Assembly (NCBI GenBank): GCA_001724265.1 | Contig: MEDY01000109.1 | Location: 55,262-75,261 of the forward strand | Reading direction: 5' to 3' | Origin: Rhizaria sp. SCN 62-66 | Taxonomy: Eukaryota | DNA length: 20,000 nucleotides | Part shown: one piece after another, positions 10,001-19,365 of the stretch | Numbering within the stretch: position 1 is the first letter of the stretch | Layout: every line of letters starts with the position of its first letter | The notes under the pieces: generated by a model | What the model was told of the DNA's origin: nothing | Seen by the model: only the letters and a program-made list of their open reading frames with translations | Databases searched by the model: none | Made by a program: the position numbers and the translations under genes

Positions 10001-12703
10001 GCGACGACTGTCGTCCCGAACAACGGCAACAACAACGCGGATGCAAACTCTGCCAGCGAACAACAGTTACTTCAGCGTGAGTCTTCATCGAGTAGCAGCA
10101 GTTCCACCAATAATGCAGCGGCTGCCCGCAACCGAGCTCGCGCTAAGACAGCTGTGCCGGCCACGACGATCAAGTTCACTCTCAGCACTGTCTCCTGCCT
10201 TGGCAAGCCCGCACGGTCCTTCCTGTTCCCGTTCCCGGTCTCGCTGCTGCGCCGCGCCGCCGCCCACGCGTACAGCTGGCAGCTGCAGCAACCGCGTCTG
10301 CATCCGCGGTACGTGCAGCGCGCCAACGCGATTCTCGCCGCAGCCGCTTCCACCGCGAATACGAACGCGAACGAGCTTGCAGCACAACAGCTCGCTCGGT
10401 CCGCCTCTGGATCAGGCAGCACCCTCGCCGCCGATGGCATGTACAGCGCCGCTGAAATCGCCCGCGCGCAGAATCAGCGGCTTACCTTCCTCGACCCCGC
10501 GCTGGGCTCGACGCGCGTGCTGGCGCGGCTGACGAGCCTTGCACGCTGCGGTCGTGATTATACGTTTTCACTGCGGCAGGCGCACCGGCTGCTCGGCGCG
10601 ATGGACTCCGCGGCAAACTACTCATACGCGCTGTCGACGCTCTTCACGCTGACGTGGCAGTGCGAACTCGTGCGGTACGTGCGGTCGCAGGTGCACGACG
10701 CCAACGTGGCCGCGCTCAAGGCGCTCTACGCTGTGGGGCTCGACGCAGTCACGCTGGCCGACCTCGACGCGCTGCCGCTGCTGGGCGCGGACCGCGAGAC
10801 GGTGGGCGAGGTGTTGGGCGTGCTCACGGTCATCCGCGAGGACGAGGAGAAGTTCAGCGCCGCGATGGCCGAGCGCGAGGAGCGGCTGCAGCGCGCGGTC
10901 GCGGCGGCCAAGGGGGGCCCTGTTGCTGGCGCACACGCGCACCCCAGCAGCCCGCTGACCGCGGCGCTGGGCCGTGAGAACGGTGCGGCCGGCGCGGCAC
11001 TGCTGGGCGGGTTCCGCGTCAAAGCGAAGCCGCAACGCGGCCACGCGGGGTCTCGCGCCGGCTCTGTCGAGCACCATGTTGAAGAAAAAGAGGGTGAGTC
11101 CCGCAGCATGATGTTATCGCCTGGCCCTGCACCCATAGTCTCGATGGGTTATGCTCCAAACAACATCAATAACAATGACACTGTATCTGCAGGCCGCAGT
11201 GCGTTTTTCGCTGCCGGCTCGCACTCCGCGCTCCAGCCGACTCCCTCTAGCAGCAATGGCAACGGGGCCGGGACTGGTCTTGCGCAACTGTCACCGATGA
11301 CGCTGTCTCCTGTGATGGAGGCGCAGCGTAACTTCGACCCCGTTGCGCCTGCAGTTCCCGCCAACAGCAGGACGAGTTATAGCACTAGCAAGTCTCTGGA
11401 CTTCCTTCAGAGCTTGCACGACCGTGAGCAGCAGAACAACCGTGAGCGTGAGCGTAAACAGGACTTGGAGCAAGTCAAGGAAGAGGAGGAAGAGGAAGAC
11501 GGTGTATTCTCGAGTCATCGTGGTCTCGCTGCCTTCACTAAGCCGGCCAACCCAGCGGTGGCGCCTCAGTCAACAACGAATGTAACGAGTGTTGACGCTA
11601 ACGTCGCCCCTGCAGCTCTTGATGATGACAGTAGCATCACTGACCAAGACGACGACGACGATGACGACGACCACTTCGGTGGTGGCGAGTCCGCTGCCCT
11701 TGCTTTTGTCACCAACACGATTACCCTCGCGCCAGTTAATCACACTGAAAACACCATTGACACCGGCCATAACACTCGTGATGACGCTACCTCCGAGACT
11801 GCGCCTGTCACTGAGCCCGCAGCGACAACTCCAGCTCCCGCAGCCGACCCTGTCATTGACTCGGCTACTGCTGCACCTGCACCTGAGCCTGCTACAGTCA
11901 CACCTGAGTCTGACTTGCAGGCATACTCGCAGTCCCAACCAGAGGCGCCGCTACAGGAGCCTCCACAGGAGCCGCCGCAGCTTCCGTCGCCGGCCCCGTT
12001 GCAGCCTCAGCCCGCGCCGCGCAGGTCGGTCGGCTTCAGCGCCACGGCGCAGGTCCGCGACTTCGACGCCAGCGAGCCCCCCGCGTCCGTGCGCGCGAGC
12101 GCTGAGACCGGCGGCGGCAGTGGCGACCGTGAGCAGCGGGTGACCGCGCTCGACGACAGCGGCGCGGTGGACTCGTCCGCGACTGTGGGCGATGGCGCAA
12201 GTAGCACCGGCGCAGTCAGCGCTGGTGTGGGCGCAGCGGCTGAGGAGAGTGGCGACTACAGCGACGACTTCGACAGCTCAGACGCCGATGTCAGCGTCAG
12301 CAGTGCCGCCGGCCCTCTCCCTGCGCCCCCGCTGCCGCCTCTCCCCCGTCCCACAGTCCGCGTCTCACACGGCCACCGCAGCACCGCGCACACTGCGCAG
12401 CTGCCCCGCGCCGACTACGACGACTGCGACGGCGGCGACGGCTCCGGCTCGGTCGGCGGCGGCGCCAGCTCTGCCGCGGACCGTCTGCGCGCCGAGCGCG
12501 AGGCCCGGCGCAACGCGCTCGCGACTGGAACCGCCGCCGCCGCCGCCGCCGCCGCGCCCGCTACTCCGGCGCCCGCTCCTGTGACTCCAGCGGCCCCGGC
12601 GATGACGGACGCAGAGCGGGAGCGGGCGGAGCGCGAAGCCCGGCGCAACGCGCGCGCCCCGAGCACCATCGTCGCCCCTGCAACTGCCACTGTCCCCGCT
12701 GTC

Positions 12704-12771
<68 letters not shown>

Positions 12772-15700
12772 TGCGAGTGCGGTCGACGCCGAGCGCGCAG
12801 AGCGTGAGGCCCGTCGTCTCGCCCGCGAGGCCGCCACGGGCAACGCGCCGACCGTGCCTGCGGCTCCTGCCCCTGCGCCTGTGCCTGCAATGAATGCGGC
12901 CGAGATCGAACGTGCCGAACGCGAAGCGCGCCGCGCCGCCCGCGAAACCGCAACCTCTGCCCCGACCACCAGCGCCACTGGCAGCGACCCCGGCAGCAGC
13001 GCCGACCGGTGGCGCGCGTCGGTGCGCTCGTGGCGCGGCGACTGCCTCCGCGAAGAGGCCGTGCTGCAGCGCAAGCAGGACCACGTCGACTCGCTGCTGC
13101 TCGACATCGAGTCGTTGCAGCGCCGCCGCAAGGCCGCGTTTGAGCGCGCCACCGCGGCTGCCGCCACGTCCGCCACGGGGGCTGAGAAGCTGCTCAAGGC
13201 GACCGTGGGCAGCGGCACTGTCTCCGAGGCGGAGCGCGCGAAGCGCGAGGCGAGCGACAAGCTGCTGGCTGAGCTGGCCACGAAGAAGCAGCAGCTCACG
13301 CGCGTGGCGAGCATGATCGAAGGGTTTGCGAAGAAGATGTGGGACAAGTTTGCTGGGGAAGAGCGCGTGTTCGCGCAGAGCACCGAAGCCGGCGCGCGCG
13401 GGTACGAGCGCGAGTTCGGGCTCCGCTACCAGGGCGCGCAGCCCAGTCGGCTGAGCGCGTATAGTGAGCTTCCGGGCGGCTGCCTCGTCACCAGCGACGA
13501 CGACGGCGACGACGGCGGCGCGGGGGCCGGTGCGGGCAGCGGTGGTAGTGTTGCCGCCGTGGGGCTCTCGTCTCTGAAGCCCTCCGCGAGCGCCGCCGCT
13601 GCTGCGACGACCGGGATGACTGAGGTCGAGAAGGCGCGTGCTGAGCGTGAGGCGCGCCGCGCCGCAGTGCAAGGATAGCAACAGCCAGCTGCGCCGGCTG
13701 CGGCCGCAGCGAGCTCTGTGGGCGATGAGCGCGACGAGAGGGCAGCGCGCCGCAAAGCCATTGAGGAGGCGCAACAGCAGAAGAACCAAGCTGCTGCCAG
13801 TCCTGCTGCTGCTGCTGTTGCGAGAGCTAGCATTGCCGAGACTACCGATCCTAACTCGGTGCAGTCGTACGCGGGCATCGAGGCGACGCACGCGAGCACT
13901 GTCGCCAGCGCCGCGTTTGACGAAGCGGTGAAGCGCTCGCAGCAGCAGTCGCTCGCGCCGCAGCTTCCCAAGCGCCCCACTCCTAGTGCGAACGCCGCGC
14001 CGCGGGCGCAGCTGACCAGTCCGTCGGCGAGCGAGACCGAGGCCGACATGGAGGCCGCGATCGCGGCGTTCCTGTCGTCGAACAACCCCGTGAACAAGAT
14101 CCTGAAGGACCTGGCGGCCAAGGGCGAGTCGGCCTTCACGGACCCCGGGTTCGAGTCGCAGCACGCGCTCTTCATGTCCGACTGGTTCGACGATGCTGAC
14201 GTATCGCGCTGGGCGCCCACGGCCAAGAAGTGGGTCTGGCGCCGCCTCTCGGACTGGATTGAGCAGGAGCACGGCCAGCAGGCCGTGTTGTTCGACGCCA
14301 CGCTGTCGCCAGACGACATCAAGCAGGGTGCGCTGTCTGACTGCTACTATCTGTCGTCGCTCGCCACGCTCACGCTGCGGCAAGACCTCTTCTGGAAGGT
14401 GTTCGTGACCACGAACGCGTCCTCGGCGGGCATCTACGTGTTCCAGTTCAACAAGAACGGCCGCTGGGTGCAGGTCGTCGTGGACGATCTCGTGCCCTTC
14501 GAGTCGGTCTCCGTGTTCGGCGTCGACGGCAAGCCGAAGCGCATCACGCGGCCCGCGTTCGTGTCGTGCCATGAGCCGAGCGAGATGTGGGCGGTGCTGG
14601 CCGAGAAGGCCTACGCCAAGCTGCATCATTCATACCAGGCGATCGAGAACGGCTACGTCGACGCCGCCCTCGTCGACCTCACTGGCGGCGTCGGCGAGCG
14701 CTGGAACTGGGACGACGACGACACGATCAAAGAGCAGTTGCGCGACGGCACGCTGTGGATGCGCCTCGTCAAGGCTTTCCAGTACGGCTACCTCCTCGGC
14801 TGCGGCTCCCCCGAGGGCGCCGACGACAGCGAGGCCAACGCGTCCAAGTGGGGCATTATCCAGTCGCACGCGTACTCGATCCTCGCCGTGGCGCAAGTCG
14901 ACTCGCTGCAGCTGCTGCAGCTGCGCAACCCGTGGGGCCGCAAGGAGTGGACCGGCGACTGGGCCGACTCGTCCCCGCTCTGGGCGCAGTCCGGCGGGCG
15001 CCGCCTCGTCGCCAAGCTCGGCATCGGCGACGTCGAGCAGAAGGACGACGGCAAGTTCTGGATCGCATGGGAAGACTTCACGGTGCACTTCAACGAGCTG
15101 TACATTTGCAAGGTCTTCTCGCAGCAGCTCTGGCCCGAGCGCGGCGACTTCACCTCGCTCTGGACCCACGCGACGCAGACGGTACAGTTCGCCGTCACCC
15201 CACTGAGCGACGCGCCGACGACGATCGTGCTGGCGCTGGAGCAGGACGACGTGCGCGGCGACCTTACCCGCCTCGAACTCTGGTTCCCGTCCATCACGCT
15301 CACCGTGTACGACTCGCTCGGCCTGCCCGTCGACGTCGACGCCGTGCCCGCGACGGCGCGTCTGCTCGCGCACAGCACGTGCGAGGATCGCGCGGCGTCG
15401 GTGGAGCTGGTGCTGACGCGTAAGCCCGCGCTGGGGGTCGACGCGCTGCCGTCGCCGCAGATGCAGGCGCGCGCGCGCAAGCGGCTGCAGCGCGCGCTCG
15501 ACGCCGCCGGAAGCGACGCGGGTGGCGCCGCCGGCGCGGGCGCTGCGGGCGCGGCCGGCTCTGTCGCCAGCGTTGGCGGCGCGCTCGCGGGCGTTCTGCA
15601 GAAGGCGTCGCAGTCCGGAGCAGCGATGAAGAAGGAGAAGGCAGCTCCGGCTGCTGCTGCGAGCGCGACGACGGGCACTAAGGCCAAGCTCAGGGGCAAG

Positions 15701-18700
15701 GGCAGCGCGCCGCCCCTGCCGTCCGCTGCAGAGGTGCCCGTATCGCCGGCTTCTGCGCCCGCGCTGGCCCGGTCCGAGACTAGCCAGTTCGCGTTCTTAG
15801 CAGGAGCGCTGAATGAGCAGGCGCGTGCCGTCGAACGGGAGCGTTTGCGAGCCCGCAATGCGAACAACGCGCTCGACAGTAAAGATACCGCTGAAGCTGC
15901 CGCCGGTGGCGGTGAACTGGCTGACAATGAGCCCGATGTGGCTTGGGGCCGCGCGGAAACCGTGATCCCCAGTCTAGGCGCACTGGCTGAGGCGGGGAAT
16001 CTTTCCATCGCAAGCTCCGAGGCCGACGTTATCAGACCTGCAGTCCCGTCCAACGAGAATCTTGACGACAACAAGGCCGACTCCGATGCTGATGCCGAAG
16101 AAAGCGTTGGCCTCGCGAAGAAGAGCAAGTCGCGTCGCCGCGAGAAGCTGGGCGTGGGCCCCGTCATGGTTGACACGTCGATGCTCGCTGCGCCCGACTC
16201 GCCGGCCACGCTGGCGCGCAAGGCGGCCGCCGCGGCCGCTGCGGCGGCGACGCAGGCCGCGGAGTCCGCTCTCGCGGCCGCCTCCGCAGCCCCGGCGCAG
16301 GCGCCAGCGCCCAGTGCGCCGCCGGCCGCCGCCCCGATCCCGGCGCCGAAGCCCCCGGCGCAGCGCGCGCAGTCCAAGGCCCAGGCGCAGCCCGCGCAGT
16401 CGCCGGCGCCACCCCAGTCCGAGGCGGTGAAGCGGCTCGGCGGCCTCGGCCTCATCGGCGGCGGCGGCAGCAGCACAACCAGCAGCCTGCGGCGCCTGGC
16501 CCCGAACAAGCCCGGCAGCGCCTCGAGCGTCACGGGCGCCGGGCGTCCTGGCGGCATGCCGGCGGGCTCGCGTGGCCGCGCCGCGCAGCACAACGCTCTC
16601 GCCACGGTCGCCAGCCTGAGCGGCAACGGCGCCGCGAACCCGGCCGCCGCCGCCGTCGTTGCGCCGCCGCCCGTGTTCTTCACGCCGCGCGCGTCCGTCC
16701 GCGCCGCCGCCGCGCACAGCCACTCCACGGCGCACAGCCAGTCGAGCAGGGCGGCGCGCGCACAGTCGGCAGGCGTGTCCGCTGCGGCCGCGGCGTCCGT
16801 GATGGGCGCGAACGCGGCGCTGCTGATGCCGCGCCGGTCGGCGTTGTTCGGCGGCGGCAGTGCGTGGGACCGGTCCCGCGCCCGGCAGAGCATCATCGCC
16901 ACGCAGACGAGCGCGAGCGCAAGCGCGATCAGCGAGGTTGCTGCAGAGCAAGACTCTCAGTCTTCTAATGATCAGCGCAGCGCGCGCAAGGCTGCCAAGG
17001 GCGATGGTCCCGGCGATAGTGATCCTGAAGAGAAGGACGAAGATGACGAAGACGATGAGTACTATACCGCGGGCATTGCGCCAGGTCTTCTTGGCCCCGG
17101 CGGCAAGCCCGACTCGCCGATGTCAATCTCGCGGTCAAGTCTGCGTCTCAACGCCTTCTACGGCAGCAACACTGACGACCACAGCGACGACGGCGCCGGC
17201 AACGACAACGGAGGCACTGAGAGCAACCACAGCGCCGCCCTCCCGCGCACGCTCGCGACCAACGCCAACTACAACGGTGGCCACCTTGGTGGCAACGGTG
17301 CTCGCAACACGGTGAAGTGGGCGGAGGACAGTCCCGGCAAGGTCAGGACTGCGCACCGCGCACAGCAGCAGCGGTTCAACCTGTTCTCGCATCAGCAAAG
17401 CTTCCTTGACGCTGATAATAGCCCAATGAACGATAACTACGATAGGAACAACGCTGGATCTGGTCCTGCTGCTGATCTCAACTCGGCTTTTGATGAGAAC
17501 GCCGACCTATTCCAGCAGCAGCAGCCCCAGCGCGGCGATGGCCCCCTTGCTGCCCCTCCCGTGCCGCCGTCCGCCTCGCGCCCCGCTGCGGCCTCCGCAG
17601 CCAGCGCGAAGTCCGCTGCGGCCGCCGCTGAGGAGGAAGAGAGCGACTGTGAGCCCGACGACACGCTCGACTGCTTCGACCCCGTGGCGGCGTACCGCCC
17701 GTACACCGTCGTCGCCACGGTTGTACTGCACCCGGTACGTAAACAACAAGTCGTATTTTCACGATTTCCCTTAAATATGCACATCATATCTCCTTAAGCT
17801 TTAAATCTCACTTACTCACTTAAATTCTATTTTGTTCGTTTCCTCTTTTCACTACAGGAATGGCCGGCCACCAAGTTCCAGCTGCGCTGGTTCTGCTCCG
17901 CCATGTGCGCGATCGAGTCGTTCCCGCAGCTCGCGGCCCGCGTGCGCGGCGACGACGCCTTCGCAGCCGCCGCCGCGCGCAAGGCCGCCGTCGAGGCCTA
18001 CGACGAGCTACGCCGCAAGGAAAAGGGCGAGGACGAAAACGGCAACGCCGTCACGGCCGGCGGTGGTAACGATGACCAAGACGACGACAGCGGCAGCAGC
18101 GGCGGGAGCAGCAGCAGCAGCAGCGCGAGCAGTAGCAAGACTGCTGCAAGTAGCACTGTTAGCAACGTTGACAAGGAGCGCGAGGCGCGCAGGGCCGAAC
18201 GTGAGGCCGCTGTCGCCGCTTCAACGGCTACAACCACCGCCGCTAAGGCGGCGACGCCTGCTGCGACCGTGGGCAGCGCGAGTACCGCGAGTGCCATGAG
18301 TGCGGCAGACCGCGAGCGCGCAGAACGCGAGGCGCGCCGTGCAGGGCGCGAATCTGCGACGACGGTTGTGGCCGCGCCCGCCCCCGCCCCCGCCCCTGCC
18401 CCTGCTCCTGCTGCAATGAGCGCGGCTGAGCGCGAGCGCGCGGAGCGGGAGGCGCGCCGCAGCGCCCGCGAGACCGCCACCGCTACGACTACAACCACAA
18501 CTGCAACTACACCTGCGACTACAACTGCATCTGCAAGTGCAGCGGTAGCCGGCGGGCCCGCGAACCTGGCTCAGGCTGCGGACGTTGTGCGCGCCGAGCG
18601 CGAGGCTCGGCGCGCTGCGCTCGAGGCCGCGAGCAGCGCCCAAACCACGACGACTGCAACTGCAACTGCAACGACCAAGACCACCGCTGCTGCGACGAAG

Positions 18701-18847
18701 ACTACAACCACAGCGACAGCGACAGCGACCGCTGCGAAGACTGCGACGACGACGGCAGCTGCGGCGTCCAAGACGTCGACGACGAAGGAGACCGAGGTTG
18801 AGAGGGAGCGGCGGCTGCGCGAGGAGCGGCGCGCTCAGCGCGGCTAA
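4046..18847 (+). CDS. Giant DEK1-like/TML transmembrane calpain (~4,892 aa if TAG 13676-13678 is decoded); exons 4046-17734 and 17858-18847
   Basis: ORFs 4046-13678 and 13679-17734 are in the same frame, separated only by one TAG. About 23 hydrophobic segments lie N-terminally, followed by a CysPc domain and a C2L-like region. A GTACGT..CAG intron joins HP|EWPATKFQLRWF to the last exon, which ends TAA. Confidence 0.8.
4103..8652 (+). other. Multi-pass membrane region, about 23 TM helices counted by eye, in clusters separated by Gly/Ala/Asp-rich loops
   Basis: Many 19-25 aa hydrophobic stretches, e.g. MIVFAIPFVLYCVAAYYFY, AVLLYLAAVVVLLLYGGLALWLL, WLVYVLLLVGLAAAAVLLFLVPWV. Confidence 0.8.
12707..12766 (+). 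repeat. Perfect (GCT)20 microsatellite encoding poly-Ala
   Basis: 60 nt of uninterrupted GCT in frame. Confidence 0.95.
13676..13678 (+). other. In-frame TAG within the calpain gene (candidate readthrough/recoded codon or nonsense lesion)
   Basis: GTG CAA GGA TAG CAA CAG CCA GCT; the frame is open for 3,210 codons before and 1,352 codons after, up to the intron. Confidence 0.85.
14135..15112 (+). other. Calpain catalytic domain (CysPc, peptidase family C2) with intact triad: Cys 14342, His 14867, Asn 14927
   Basis: Motifs FTDPGF, WRRLSD, DIKQGALSDCYYLSSLATL, GRWVQVVVDDLVP, EMWAVLAEKAYAKLHHSYQAIENG, ALVDLTGG, GIIQSHAYSIL, LLQLRNPWGRKEWTGDWAD, DDGKFWIAWEDF. Confidence 0.97.
17735..17857 (+). 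other. Spliceosomal intron of the calpain gene (123 nt, phase 0)
   Basis: CCG|GTACGT, AT-rich body with in-frame TAA, branch-like TACTCAC (~17813), pyrimidine tract, ctaCAG|GAA. Confidence 0.9.
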
Positions 18848-19265
18848 GCAGCAGTTGAGGTTCCATAATTGACTACGATGTATGACAGTCATCCTGTGAA
18901 AACAAGTTGATATTAAATGTGAGAAGAATACGCGTTATTTAGAGAATTTTGTGATTATTTTGTTTTGTGTTTTGCTCCATAATTACATAATCGTCCAGAT
19001 TTTATGTTTGTGTAGCTACGTGTGCAGCTGCTCTCGGTGTGTTTGTGTAAAACAACAAAGTTACCTAGTCCCTACATGTATCGATGATTTACACATGTAC
19101 CAGTGCAATTAACAGCAGCCACAACAACAATACACCTTGATTATATCTGATTCTATGTATTACAACTCACTAATTAAGAGCTCTATTTATCAACATACGA
19201 TCATCATCTAAGGTAACGGAAATGTAATCAATTTTCTGTTTCGCTGCAACAGTTCATATAATCGT

Positions 19266-19343
19266 CAGTATTCAACCGAGTCAACATATGTTTTGGGGGT
19301 CAGTGTTCAACTGGGGGGCAGTATTCAACTAAGTCAACATATG
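19266..19343. repeat. Short imperfect direct repeats downstream of the PSMA3 stop
   Basis: cagtattcaaccgagtcaacatatg (19266-19290) and cagtattcaactaagtcaacatatg (19319-19343), 23/25 identical, with a partial copy cagtgttcaact at 19301-19312. Confidence 0.75.
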
Positions 19344-19365
19344 CTTATATGTTTGAGGGGTTGGC

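Noticed and set aside
13676-13678. Pyrrolysine or selenocysteine insertion
   Set aside because: Sec uses UGA, Pyl is not known in eukaryotes, and the site is in a disordered linker rather than an active site.
13667-13684. 12- or 18-nt in-frame GT..AG mini-intron that would remove the TAG
   Set aside because: Donor GTGCAA, no branch point or pyrimidine tract, and far shorter than the 121-190 nt introns seen; not strictly excluded without RNA data.
12365-14629. 754-aa antisense ORF spanning the internal TAG
   Set aside because: Codon-aligned shadow of a GC-rich sense frame; R/G/A/L-rich, with no recognisable domain.
14788-16902. 704-aa antisense ORF and the many other short overlapping ORFs
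   Set aside because: Expected from stop-codon scarcity at high GC; they overlap a clearly conserved calpain frame.
13718-17797. Stand-alone 1,359-aa calpain ORF as given in the ORF track
   Set aside because: Starts at GTG with no promoter/UTR-like sequence upstream, and its end runs into the 17735-17857 intron; better explained as part of the larger gene.
17903-18847. Separate 314-aa gene
   Set aside because: It is the last calpain exon, joined in frame by a canonical intron and completing the C2L-like strands.
19266-19343. CRISPR-like repeat-spacer pattern
   Set aside because: Only two imperfect units, the spacer itself contains a partial repeat, no cas genes, and the context is eukaryotic.
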